Below, one piece after another: positions 25,619 to 39,770 of a stretch of 64,000 nt of DNA (the stretch's first letter is position 1; the number at the start of each line of letters is the position of its first letter). The DNA is taken from assembly GCA_049724395.1 (NCBI GenBank), contig JAUGWO010000083.1:1-64000 (forward strand), given 5' to 3'. Origin of the DNA: Spongospora subterranea f. sp. subterranea (Eukaryota). A model generated the notes under the pieces. The model was not told the origin of the DNA. It saw only the letters and a list, made by a program, of their open reading frames with translations, and did no database searches. Position numbers and translations under genes: made by a program.

Positions 25619-27055
25619 TCAGTGACTATTCAGCAAAACCAAGCGATATCGAACCGAATTGGCCGCGATCTTTCTCAGCGCGATATTGCAATTGGTCGCG
25701 TTCATTGGCAAAGTTTCAGTCATTGCCTAGACATTGACGTCAAATAGGGATATTTGGAGTAGTTCATGGGGGGTTTTACCTGGATATGGTGATCCGCCGC
25801 GAATTTCAACATTCGACGGATCTCCGATGGAGATGCAAGATATGAGCCAACAACTGATATATTTCGGACGACCAAAGCAAAAGACGGGAATGTGATCATT
25901 TTTGGCAACCCAACCATACACAGCTTGCCTTCTGGCTTGAGTAAGCTCATGTACATTGCCCAGTCGATATTATCTGCTGACATCGTTGATAGTAGAAAGT
26001 CTGATAGTTGATTAAATAGCATATAATGGGGTCAAACATTGTGGCCCTACCGAATGTGCCCACTCTTTGTTTTACTTGATTGGCATCGCTAGTGTCAATG
26101 TAATGATGCGCCCCGAGTAGAGCTGCCTCTTCACGCTTGCTGGCAGACGACGAAATCGCCTGCAAAACATGAGTGCGATATAGGGCGACAACTGCTAGAT
26201 TTAATTACGGTTGTGTTAAAACCTAAAGCGGACGCGAACTGGATCGCCATATGCCCTGACAGATACTTAACACGAGATGAAAAGTGATGGCGCATCTCAT
26301 CGTACCTAGACCTCCAATACCAATTATTCCAACAAAGTCCCCTCGTTGAATATCGTGCCTTATAAACGGAGCCCATGTTGTGATACCAGCACACATGATT
26401 GGTGCAGCATTCACCTAGGAAGTTCCAAGGTAACTCGATCTGATGGCGGAACTGGCAATTTGATAAAACCATACCGTATCTAGACCATCGGGAATTGGAA
26501 ATACCCATTCAAACCGGCAACGAATACGATTGGCAAATCCACCATAGGTATAAGGTTGTTGAGGATCACCAGTTGGGGAATTATAGGATTTTACTTTCAG
26601 CGAACAGAGTTGCGGTAGACCGGTTTGGCATTCATTGCATGTTTGACAAGATCCCGTCTGGGGACCAACCCCGACTCTTTGTCCCAGCTCTAATCCATGA
26701 ACCTGAGGTCCTGAATTTGTCTGTTAAAATTTTCGCCATATCTGGGGCAGAAAGACACTACCCAAAGTGGTGATTCGCCCGATTATTTCGTGCCCTAGAA
26801 CGATAGGATAGTTTGCAGATTTCCAGTCATTTTGCTGCTGGTGAAGGTCACTATGGCAAACACCACACGCGTCAATCTCGATTTCAACCTATTTTATTGA
26901 ATGAGGATGCTATTTCTTTAATCCACACAAATACCAGATTAACATAGCCCTACCTCATTAGGTTCCAGAGGTTTCGGTCTGTACGCGAAATCAACAACAT
27001 CACCTCCTTGTTTCAACACTGCCCATGCCTTGAATTGGGTGGGTTCATTAGCCAT
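25619..27055 (-). CDS. NAD(P)-dependent Zn alcohol dehydrogenase, cinnamyl-ADH/YahK-like (copy 1), multi-exon
   Basis: [12 protein letters not shown], structural-Zn CQTCNEC.......[31 protein letters not shown] 27055. Confidence 0.93.
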
Positions 27056-27105
27056 TGCGACGATATAAACCGTGATGGACGACGCGACAGAGGGTAAAAG
27101 GGTAT

Positions 27106-27689
27106 TGAGGTTGAGGGCGATAAAGCAAAGCACTTGATTGCCTGGTAGGGACTGGAGGTTGAGGGCGATAAAGCACTTGATTGCCTGGTAGGGACTGGAG
27201 GTTGAGGGCGATAAAGCACTTGATTGCCTGGTAGGGACTGGAGGTTGAGGGCGATAAAGCACTTGATTGCCTGGAGGTTGAGGGGTAGGGACTGGAGGTT
27301 GAGGGCGATAAAGCACTTGATTGCCTGGTAGGGACTGGAGGTTGAGGGCGATAAAGCACTTGATTGCCTGGTAGGGACTGGAGGTTGAGGGCGATAAAGC
27401 ACTTGATTGCCTGGTAGGGACTGGAGGTTGAGGGCGATAAAGCACTTGATTGCCTGGTAGGGACTGGAGCACTTGAGGTTGAGGGCGATAAAGCACTTGA
27501 TTGCCTGGTAGGGACTGGAGGTTGAGGGCGATAAAGCACTTGATTGCCTGGTAGGGACTGGAGGTTGAGGGCGATAAAGCACTTGATTGCCTGGTAGGGA
27601 CTGGAGGTTGAGGGCGATAAAGCACTTGATTGCCTGGTAGGGACTGGAGGTTGAGGGCGATAAAGCACTTGATTGCCTGGTAGGGACTG
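27106..27689. repeat. 43-bp minisatellite, about 13 near-identical copies
   Basis: Unit GAGGTTGAGGGCGATAAAGCACTTGATTGCCTGGTAGGGACTG; two internal irregular units near 27275 and 27470. Confidence 0.97.
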
Positions 27690-27790
27690 CACAGAAGCTT
27701 GTACTTGATTGAAACACGAAACCGGGTTGAGCTGATCGACACCTGATGCAGTCCTACCTACACTTAAGACGACAACATGGACTTAAAATC

Positions 27791-28026
27791 GTTTTTTCTG
27801 TCCATCGTAATCGACAATAACTCCTAGAGCAGCGTCCATCGGGCTGCAATTCTTCACCGTCTGCAACACTGTGTGGGCAACACGTTTGAATCTCACACGC
27901 TCCGCATTGTCTGACTGCTCGTGATGGCACAACGTGTTGCCCACACAGTGTTGCAGACGGTGAAGAATTGCAGCCCGATGGACGCTGCTCTAGGAGTTAT
28001 TGTCGATTACGATGGACAGAAAAAAC
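27791..28026. repeat. Perfect 96-bp inverted repeat with 44-bp spacer
   Basis: 27791-27886 is the exact reverse complement of 27931-28026. Confidence 0.95.
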
Positions 28027-29169
28027 AGATTTCATGCACGGTTCGCAACCAATGACGATGAAAAAACCGATCAAATCACGTTGGAACACTTTTTCGATAA
28101 CTACTATAAACCATTAGTCGACATAATTTGGATGCCTACGCCAACTCGAGTGCTACCCAGACGGTGTCGAGTTCGACAAAAATATACAGCAAGTGGTCAG
28201 TGCCTTGGTACAGTCGGAATATATCGCCATTGTGCCAAAACACCGGTCTGGGAACAGTCCATCAAATCATTCCGATGGCTTATCTTGAAAAAGGGCCAAT
28301 AATACATTCTCATCATTGAAAGGACCGGGCGGGTCAATATCACTTGCACTTGATGAGATCAAATCTAAATTTCGGACTGAACATTTTCGGATGAAAAGTG
28401 TTATATGTCTCAGTTGAGCATCTGGTGTTGGGAGAATTTGTTGTCCTAATCTAGTGGCAAGTTTTCGTCCTACGCATCGACTTGCGAGCCACTTCTGCGA
28501 TGCAAACAGAAGAAGCGAAATATATTTTCGAAATGCTCCCGAAGGAATCAAGGCAAGAAAATCGATCAATGGCGCGTTTGCAAAAGACATCGTTTGTTGT
28601 TTATCTCACATTCAGTAGCTGGAATGTTTACAAAGACATGCCAATGTCGTAACCGCCGTCTCCTGAGCTCCATTCAAATAAAAAGGATACTCTTGCTTGG
28701 CGTTGAACAGTTAAGGTGAGAGGGAATCAACCATCAATACGTCATTAATTGAGTTTCGCCATCACTTTTATTTTATCAACACCGATCTGTAGTATGAAAC
28801 AAGGTCTTTCAAAGCATCAGCGATGATTTTTCTTTGTCTGAATCTCCACAAGGTAAGATATGAGACTTCATTGCATTTGATGCGACAGATGTTCACTTGT
28901 AGAATTCGGCTATGCCCTTTTACAATGCCGCCTACACAGTTCTGATCAGGTCATCATTCCGTCAGCTGTGACTCCTTTTTAATAATTCATGTAATGGGAT
29001 AGTGTATTGAGAGAACACTGCAACAACGGAATATACGACAACAAAAGAGAATTGGGAGTCAAATGGTTGGCGAAACATTATAGAAACACACGCTCGTTTT
29101 TTTTTCTTAAGCAGATATTGGTTAGTCATGATTAACAAATGTAAATCCACTAAAGTCCAGTTTATGCAA

Positions 29170-30576
29170 TTAATGGTCATTGGTCAAAACCATCCGATAT
29201 CGAACCGAATTCGCGGCGACTTTTTTCAGCGCAGTCGTACAATTTTTGGCATTCATCGGCAAAATTTCAGTCATTGCCTAGAATTAAATTTTCAATAAAA
29301 GAGCAAATGAATATTCGCCTTTGTACCTGAATATCATGATCAGCCGCAAACTGCAGCATCCGACGGATCTCAGAGGGAGGCGCCAATATTGAGCCAACAA
29401 CCGATATGTTGCGATTAATCAAAGCAAAAGACCGAATTTTGATCGTATTTGGTATTCCGACAATGCACATTTTGCCCTGGGGTTTGAGTAAATTTAGATA
29501 CGTTGCCCAATCAAGATTTTCCGCCGGCACCGTCATCAACATGAAGTCTAATTTTGAACATTTACTAAACCAGCAACATCATATGACTGTTATACCGAAT
29601 GATGCCGCTCTCTTTTTCATTTGATCAGCATCGTTGACGTCAAGAAAGTGGTCAGCGCCGAGTTTAATCGCCTCGTCACGTTTGTTGGCTGAGGTAGAAA
29701 TCGCCTGAAAACATCCTCATTGGCATTGATGTCAACGGGAGGTGAACAACTTACAGTGGTGTCAAATCCCAGAGCAGAGGCGAACTGGATTGCCATATGA
29801 CCTATAAGACAATTATGAGGATTCGATATTGTTATGGGGAAACTGTACAGCACCTAAACCACCGATACCAATGATTCCAACAACATCACCAGGTTGCACG
29901 TTATGCTGCTGGAAAGGAGCCCATGTTGTAATCCCTGCACACATAATAGGAGCAGCATTCACCTACAATATGTGTCAATTTCGGGATGACACAGGTACTA
30001 GAGATGTACCGTATCGAGACCATCTGGAATGGGAAATACCCATTTGTAATTACATCGAACGATTTCAGAGAATCCTCCATATGTGTGAGATTGGGCAGGA
30101 TTCCCAGTTGGTGAATTGTAGATATCCTTTCGTTGAGTGCATAATTGAGGCACTCCCGTTTCGCATTCATTGCATTGTTCACAAGAACCGCTTTGGGGAC
30201 CAACACCAACCCTTTGTCCCATAGTTAATCCACTCACACCAGATCCTGTCTACACGTTCAAACTGATGGAGCTGGTGATGAGATCATGTACTTACCCAAA
30301 GCCGCTATCCGACCGATTATTTCGTGTCCCAAAACCATTGGATAATTTCCGATTTTCCAGTCATTTTGTTGCTGGTGCAGATCACTATGGCAGACACCAC
30401 ACGCATCGACAGCAATTTCTACCTATAAACATTCATTAGGTAATCGCCTTGCGTTATCGATATCACTGTCAGACCTCGTCCCGCTCCAGAGGTTTCGGGG
30501 TGTATGAGAAATCAACTACATCAGCACCGGGTTTTAAGACTGCCCAAGATTTGAACGTTCCCGGTCCAACAGTCAT
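29170..30576 (-). CDS. NAD(P)-dependent Zn alcohol dehydrogenase, cinnamyl-ADH/YahK-like (copy 2), multi-exon
   Basis: [56 protein letters not shown]; intron positions similar to copy 1. Confidence 0.93.
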
Positions 30577-31529
30577 CGTGATGAGATGTGAGTTGAGTTA
30601 TGATCGGAAACTAGATGAATCCGATCCTCCGAATATTATGGTATGCAGTTGCGGCCGGCCATCTTAGATCCGATATATTTTATGGGAATATTCCAGTTAT
30701 ATTAGTGCCGTCCCACCTTTCCGAGAGCGTTCGTCGGAATCCCTTTTAAGCGCGTTCGGACGCAACGGGGGTTAATAAACCCAGGTTGAACACATCGGAT
30801 TGCACTGGCTCGTGTATTTCAAACATGGCATTCAGACGTCAGAGGAGGATGCTGTGAATCAGCTCAGTTCGGGCCAATCCTTGATCTGATCTTGCGAATA
30901 TTCTATATCTAAGTGGTCATATTAAATCAACCAACACTGCCGCCCAAGCCTGTTGTTTAGAATTCCGGTCGGCACATTTGCCATTGATTACCACTTTTTT
31001 CCCATCAAGCTCGATGAGGAATGCATCCTTACTCAAATTCCAGGCTGCCCGCATTACTCGAGTAGCTCTGTTTGGGTCTGCTATCGTGAGAAAACGAGAC
31101 GATGATGAATACTGTGGAATATTTGTCGCGATCTACGTCGCCCGATGGCAAACAGCGACTTGAGTTCGCGGGCAGTTTGAGAATGGATTCAGACGCATTC
31201 CTAATCGGCTTGATGGGAGAGCAGGCTCGTAAGGTTAAAGTGCCAGCGCATGAAGAGCGAACGGCAGTGCTGGTTGCTCTGAATGACAACATTGATTTAC
31301 ACAATTACGCAAGATCAGACCAAGAATCGGAACAAACTGTCATCGGAGAAACCAATGGCGCACAGCATTAGCAAAACAATACTTGACCAGTATTTGAAGA
31401 AACAATACTGTTTGTTTTTCGGCTATAAGACAACCCCAGATTTGATTGGAAAGGGAAATTCATAGGCGGCGGGAACGAACCTGATATCTCGGTCGACAAC
31501 GGCCAGAACGGAATAGCGGTGAAAGGGGG

Positions 31530-32110
31530 AGGAGAAATAACGAGATAAAAGAGGGACAAAGAGAGGGTGTATTATTTAGGAGTTTCACGAGTACATACCA
31601 GTAGTTCTAGGGTCGAGAGAAGTAGCACGTTCCCCTCTTTCAAACCACGCTCTGGAGGAGTTCGATCGGAAGTGGCTCCGTGGGACGTGATTGAAAAAAA
31701 GGATTTCACAAGATTAGGAACATCTGAAACAATAGATATAAACGGCTCCCATGTAAGATCTGATAAATTAAAACCCTGCACACCGATCAACAGTTCAATT
31801 TCACCTGTATCAGTGATGCGCCTGAAGTCGCAAAATTGAAGATACGTTATAGGTAGCGCCATGTGGTGCGATATTGTACAAGAGAGGTGTCAGGGTTTTG
31901 ATTTTAAGCCATCAGATTTTACATGGGAGCCGTTTATATCTATTGTTTCAGGTGTTCCTAGTCTGGTGAAATCCTTTCCCCCAGAGCGTTTGGTTTGAAA
32001 GAAAGGAACCTGCTACTTCTCTCGACCCTAGAACTACTGGTACTCGCTCCTAAAAAACTAACTCTCGTTTTGTCCCTCTTTTTTATCTCATTATATCTCT
32101 TCTCCTTTTC
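31530..32110. repeat. Imperfect ~230-250-bp inverted repeat
   Basis: CCAGTAGTTCTAGGGTCGAGAGAAGTAGCA and TGAAACAATAGATATAAACGGCTCCCATGT (31590-31755) recur reverse-complemented at 31920-32040. Confidence 0.85.
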
Positions 32111-32939
32111 AGTTTTCTCCTATTCAATTGTACAATGTCCAACATTGGACACCGGTGGGTATTTGCCCCTGATCATGAAGATAATCGTCATACCCTCGTT
32201 GGCTATTCGTATTACATGTGTGAACCGTAGACCGCTCAAACAAATGTGCAACATCGAAGATGTACATGCTTTGATTGCAAAATGCACATCGAGCTAGGAA
32301 GATTGAGTTCATCAAGGGGTTAAAGCAATTCTCACTCTCAGTACGATAGTGTCGCATTCATGCTCATAATGTATTTATTTCTCTGCCCAATAAATCGACA
32401 GGCAATTCGTATTCAGGTCACTGTGGGGTATTCTCAAATACGTCGAGCGCGATGTTAAATCAATATTATCTGACTTTGTCCTGTTGAAAGGCAGGTCTGC
32501 GCTTCAAATTCCTGCTCGGTGAATTTGATGAACAAGATCTGACAAATGGCATTTTCATGTGGAATTGTTTAAAGACTCCACTATGAAGAGTGTTATAGAA
32601 AACACTGTTCGTCCAGAAATTGTTCCAAAATCACATCGTGTGTTTATGCGGACGATTCTCAGCAAATGGTCACCAAACCAGCACTGGTTGGCGGCGCTGA
32701 AGTTGGCCAGTCTAGCAAGGGCTTTTCCGATCATTTGTGAATGCTCAACAGATTCGATACAATGCCATTGACCATGGCTTTTTAACTGGAGCAGGGTCAT
32801 TACAAAATAGTCATTGAGAGGTATCTGTTCGGCTCTTAGCAGTCGAGGGAAGAAAGCGAAGCGGAGCAACACTGCGAAAAAGCGTCGAACTGGCTGCTGA
32901 TTTACAATCAGGTGATAATGATCGCGTTGGAGAAGTGAA

Positions 32940-33510
32940 TATGATCATGGTTGTGATAGCAATCGTCTGTACAAAAAGTGGGAATTGTCCGAACCTAGAG
33001 GAAGCAGAAAGGAAGCACAGTTGCGGGTGCCACCGATGCAGCAAACTCGAGGAAGTTTTGATTGAGCTCTCCGAAAATGAAGCTCCTTTGCGTGTTTATT
33101 CAGGACGTCTGGCGTCATTAATGACCCGTTGCCCTTCTTGAGCGTATCAAACCATGTTATGGTTTCGGCTAGGCCATTTTTTTTTATTTTCAAGGCAAAT
33201 CCAGCGCAAGAATTATGAAAGAATTCTTTCAGCTAAATTACCCTGATGGAGTCGTCTGTACTGTCCAAGGCTATTTATGAATTATTAAAACACGTTGAGA
33301 CAGTGGATCGAGAAGATTCGGAAGCTCTTCTGCGGAAGACAATCCATCGACTTATCTTATCTTGGATCAATACAAGGTGCACTTGATGATTTCGGTTGTG
33401 GTGCAACTACAGAATCATGGACCTGAGGTCGAATTCATTCTTGCCGGGTACGGCACGCCTTCAAATACTGGACGTGGGAGTTAACAGACCCTTTCAAAAA
33501 TATTTACGGT
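32940..33510. mobile_element. pogo-like (DDE_1) transposase relic
   Basis: + strand: LILDQYKVHL...VEFILAGY..LQILDVGVNRPFQKYLR. A possible CENP-B-like HTH segment (TWFDTLKK...LNKHAKEL) is on the - strand. Confidence 0.65.
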
Positions 33511-33766
33511 CAGATACCTTGAAGATCGAACTCGATTACAATTCCATGATTGTATAGTTGTACCGCGACCGAGGTCTACATCTGCACCTTGCATTGATCC
33601 ATCATTGTAAACGTTCATGGTTTGTCTTCGCAGAAGGGTTTTCAAATTTTACCAAGATATAGACTCGTACTACGATATTCAGTCTAAATTAGAGATATCG
33701 TCATTGAATTAGAGCTATCGTCTCTATATACGGCGATAAACCCAAAGCCATTATGTGTTTGACAAT

Positions 33767-34921
33767 TTACAGATCACCTCCAATAAGAACATTAGACCTA
33801 ACTCCTTGATCGATACCTCTATCGTTAAACATTCCCCTGGTCGATGATGCCGATTTGGTTGCTGCGCTATCCCCAACAGCCTGTTGAGATGATCGATCGT
33901 ATCCATCAGTAATCCGCATGTTCGATCGGCCATAGCTGATCCCTGGCCCATCAATACCGGTATTGATCCCCACATCACTCTCATGCGATCCAGACCTCCA
34001 TGACGAATCTAACAACTTGTTATCAACCGTCTTCACAGATTGAACCTCCCCCGAATCTCGATGGTCCAGCGCTCGTTGTTTAGACGCAATTCGAGATAAT
34101 TTTGATGACGCGCCCGCTGATCCTTCTGGTCCAAGCAAGATCGCATCGTTTATCGACTCATCGTCGACAATCTCCTTATTATCGATCTGATTGATCATGT
34201 TTCCGTTTCTTTTGGCGAACGTGTCGGTTTTTGAGCTGATAAGGCCCATGTCTCTGGTCTGTGCGAAATCAGCCCGTCTGCTCCCTGTTGATCCACCACC
34301 AACACCATAACCTAAACCGTGTCCTATCGTCGCCGACGTCGCTTCTCTGCCGACCAGTGACCCTCGATCAAACCTCTCTCCTGTCTCCATTGCTGTCGCC
34401 ATACTCTCATCGAAACCTTCACGGTCACGTAGCTGTTGATTCCGCGATTGTAGCCGGTTCTTGACGGATCGGCCAGATGAGCCGCCCAGCCCTCCAGTCG
34501 TTGAATCGGTCTCCAAATGATCGCTGACCAGACCTGTATCTAGACCGCTACGATAGCTGTTGGCATTGTCATTACCCATCGCCTTGCCTGAATTAATCCT
34601 AGACCCTCGCTCGAATTTACTAGCGATCTGTTTGGTGTTGGCTCCATGGGATCCGGCAGCAACGCCACCGCCAGAGCCAATGACGAATCCGTGCCCGATA
34701 TTGGCGGAATTGGCACCTTCAAGAACGGTATTGGCTCGATCATATGATTGAACATCAACATTGGAATCGAATCGATCAGCGTGATCGTTGTGAGATGAAC
34801 CATATCCTCTTCTGAAATTATCCAATATGTTTCGTCTAAAGGCGCCCTGACTGACTGGACCGATAATCCAATCACCCATTGCTTGAGAAAAAATAAGGAA
34901 AACGACACAGAGGAACGTCAT
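33767..34921 (-). CDS. Secreted Gly/Ser/Asp/Arg-rich protein (384 aa, intronless)
   Basis: Signal peptide MTFLCVVFLIFSQAMG; low-complexity mature part with no Cys and quasi-repeats. Confidence 0.8.
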   Translation of the reverse strand: MTFLCVVFLIFSQAMGDWIIGPVSQGAFRRNILDNFRRGYGSSHNDHADRFDSNVDVQSYDRANTVLEGANSANIGHGFVIGSGGGVAAGSHGANTKQIASKFERGSRINSGKAMGNDNANSYRSGLDTGLVSDHLETDSTTGGLGGSSGRSVKNRLQSRNQQLRDREGFDESMATAMETGERFDRGSLVGREATSATIGHGLGYGVGGGSTGSRRADFAQTRDMGLISSKTDTFAKRNGNMINQIDNKEIVDDESINDAILLGPEGSAGASSKLSRIASKQRALDHRDSGEVQSVKTVDNKLLDSSWRSGSHESDVGINTGIDGPGISYGRSNMRITDGYDRSSQQAVGDSAATKSASSTRGMFNDRGIDQGVRSNVLIGGDL

Positions 34922-35269
34922 AAATGCTGTATCCAGCGTTGACCGATAGAGGAAACGATCCTTATGACAATGACCGCTATCAGCTGTAGAGTGACAAATC
35001 TAACTGCCGAAGGTGATATTTATATCGAGATCGGTCCAATAAAAATAAACCAATGGTTGGAGTGACCAGTAAACGACCGATGTTTATATGAAAAAACAGT
35101 GCAATTCTTGCCGGTTTAGCAAAAAAATCACCTTCAGACGAGAGCACTGATTTTGGAGCAGTTCAGCTGAACCTCCAACTAATTTGAGTTTCGCAGATCT
35201 GCTACGTGTACGCCTATCAACCCTTTCTCTCCTAAAACCGAACAATAATGGAGCAATCACGTTGACCAC

Positions 35270-36602
<1,333 letters not shown>

Positions 36603-36919
36603 TCAATCTTCATTTTCAGGGATCGCAAGTTCGACGTTTACTCCTGATTCATAATTTTTTCAACTAACGCCATTACCCTCGTCATTGAATGTGCTTATCA
36701 CCCAACCAAATCCCCTCCTCGTTTATCTTCTTGGTCAAAACGAGCGTCGCTGGCGGCAAATGTTCATCAAAGTAAGTAATCATGGCCGACAGCCATCCTG
36801 CTGTGGCGCAATCGGCTTTATGGGAAAGTTTTGCCCCAAATGGACTCATCCTCAGTGACCAAACGCATTGTCAAGGTTTCTCGTGACTGCAACTGCTAGG
36901 TCTCATGTGCTTTTACAGT

Positions 36920-37285
36920 GTTGAATCAGACTTCATGTTGATGACGATGCCGGGGGAAAATCTTGATTGGGCAACTTATCTAAATTTGCTCAAACCTCAA
37001 TGTAAACTGTGCATTGTTGGGGTGACAAAAACGATTAATTTTCCCGTCGTTTGCTTTGGTCACTCGCAACATATCTGTTGCTGGGTCGCTTTGTGCCCTT
37101 CATCTGAAATCCGTCGGATACTGCAGTTCGCGGCTGATCACCAAATCATTTAATAAGAATCACAATCTGCACTTGGTTTCGTTATTTGAATTCAAATTCA
37201 GAGAATGGCTGAAAGGCTGGCGATGAATGCCAAACATTGTAATGCTGCGTTGACCCGAGTCGCCGCGGATTCGGTTCAATAACGG
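36920..37285 (+). pseudogene. 3' fragment of Zn alcohol dehydrogenase (pseudogene)
   Basis: [31 protein letters not shown]...PSSEIRRILQFAADHQI, nearly identical to ADH copy 2, with a frameshift and a retained last-intron remnant. Confidence 0.85.
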
Positions 37286-38199
37286 ACGACATCCGTTTAA
37301 TTAGGAAAAAAATAACTCCTGTGTCAAATCAGTACTTTGATTGTTTCCCAAGCACGTGATTATAGAGGGTGTTGGGCCAATTGCCCGAAATGATATCTCC
37401 TGATATGCCATGGACTTCTGTTTTCCTTTAAGAGCTTCGCCCGGAATCAATATTTCGCGGGTAGCGATTCTGATTAATCGTGTTTCATAGTTCATTCCCG
37501 TGCTATGGTGAGAGTGATGGCAAAACTCAATGATTGACGTAAGCGAATCCATTAATGTTGATTCTCTTTGAATAAATCTTGCAGTTTAGAAGACAGCTGA
37601 ACACGATGATTGTCGTTCAAAGCAGCGCGATGATCCACGGCTCTGTCTTTAACGATTTAGACGAAAGACTTGCCTGTGTTTTAAAGTCAGCCCGAAATTT
37701 TTTTCATTTCTTTCCGATGCATTTTTTAGCAGAATTCCCCTTCTGCTTGCGTTTTCAGAAGTCGCTCGTAAATCGATGCGCACAAACGAATTCTGCAACA
37801 CCAGATGCCTAACCGGGTAACCAGTTAAGAAAGTGGATTTCATGAAAACATGTCTAGCCTGAGAGTTGGATTTCCACTCCTCTAGCGCAGATGGCATTGA
37901 CCCTGGCCCGGCCCTTGTCATTAATATACGCAGTTGCATCATCCAGCCAATTTCATCAGAAAGCACCAATCCATCAGAAGGGCTTTAGGGGTTTACGTCA
38001 TTGGCCGATTGTAACCGGTGTTGGCATCTCCTGACTGTACAGGGTACTGTATCATTAAGAACTGCATTAGACAATACACTGATTGAGTGAGCGGGTGATC
38101 TGCTCATCACGTAGTTTGTATTCGAATCGGGTTGGTATGGCGCACCCCCAGCACCAAGTGTTTAGCGCCCTCTGCCCTCAACCTTATGTCGCTTTGGCT

Positions 38200-39770
38200 C
38201 ACGTCGTCCGGCACGTTTTGTTCTGTCGCAACGTGTAATGACCCCAAGAGGAGGGAACTATGAAAGGTATTGGGCAATGTGTAATAGCAATTGATTGGCC
38301 TGAGACTACGATGCTGACGACACTTGGGCTCAAGTTATGATTGGTGTAGTCACCAACACACGAACGCGTCGGGAATCAGGAATCGTGCCCTGAAACTGGG
38401 TTCGTCCGAATGTCGGCGATGGAGTCCGCATCATGGCAGAATTGTTTGCAAGGCCGCTTACCGGCTCCCGAAATCTTGTGATGGTGAAAGCCTTCCCAAT
38501 CGATTAGCCATTGCAAGAGATTTCGACGAATTCTAGCATCAAGAAGTTCCGAACGACGGGGTAGTGATTGTAAAGATAATCCAGGGAATATGGGATCTCC
38601 CATTTTTGAGTCGAGGAGTAGATTTCTGGTGACAAACCCTTTGCTGGGTTTGAATTTGGATAGCTGTAATTGAAATTCCCCGACTGTGATCTCAGCCTCA
38701 GCTTCGGCAATGTGACTCATGGCTGAAACCGACGGTTCCTCCTGATCGACTGGGCTTACTAACCAGTCAGTTTTTGTGACAACGTTTGGATCCGATTTGT
38801 TCAAGGTTTTAATTTGGACTACTTCGTATCGCGCGCAGGCTCTTCATCATGCCGCTGTCACAAATTGTTGCCACCTTGCACATATAGTTGCCGACATGGG
38901 AAATATCATCAGCGTGACATTTGTGGAATTCTCGGAGGAAACGCTCGTTGCCACCTGCTCATGACTTGGTCCCGGTACCTGCGGATATCTGGAACATTGC
39001 AGGCAAAGGAGGTCAAGACGTCAATAGCCGCGTGTTGAAAACATGAAGGTCGGCTTCCGATCCCTCTCGCCATTGGCCTTTATTGCGATCAGATTTAGTT
39101 TTACAGCTCAACTGAATGCGCATTACCTCTATCGGCTGCTCCAGACTGAGAGCAATATTGCTTCGTTCTCTTCATACAAAGAGCTCAAGGGCTCTTTAAA
39201 CGAGAAGGGTTCGTTTTTCATGACTTTAAACGCGTTTGTTAAAGATTGGACGCCATCTGTAAAATTCGTAAACGCTTTAGAGGATCTGGCTAGAGAAAAC
39301 TGTTCCAGTGGTGGTCGCTCTGTGCCCAACGCATCGCTTGTGGAACGCCCCCACATTCCTAAGCGAAACAGGATGGCTTGGTTTACCAACAATGCGGACG
39401 GCGTCCAATCTGCGCCTTCAATATCTTCCACATGACAGAATTTCTCTGCCTTCGCAATTGAGGTGCTTGGTCTGCTCTGCTAACACAACTGCGTCGGGCA
39501 AAACATGCACTGTTCCGCTTTGCGTTCAACTAAAGATGGGCACGAGAACATGTTGGGCAAAATTCCACGAGAATAGGCGCCTAGAGTCGCCGATGCAACG
39601 CGCACCATCTCCAACAGTTTCTCTTCCTTCGAACGGGGTCACCGTCCAGCGACAGGGTCGAATCGGGTTCAAGGCCTCCAGTGGCCAGTCAGAAGAGCTT
39701 GAGGTTCAGAACAATGTTCCAACGCCATCCGTTCCTGTCCGAGCAACGCGATTACGCCACCGATGACTTG
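38200..39770 (+). mobile_element. Degenerate piggyBac-like transposase
   Basis: IWNIAGKGGQDVNSR (cf. YN..KGGVD..D), LNAHYLYR, and C-terminal cysteine-rich domain CLVC....KTCTVPLC......CWAKFH. Confidence 0.7.

Noticed and set aside
27106..27689. CRISPR-like array
   Set aside because: Units are contiguous with no unique spacers, there are no cas genes, and the context is eukaryotic; it is a minisatellite.
26939..27742. Three long overlapping ORFs (267/234/214 aa) as real repeat proteins
   Set aside because: They start at GTG, not ATG, and arise because the 43-bp unit lacks stops on the minus strand.
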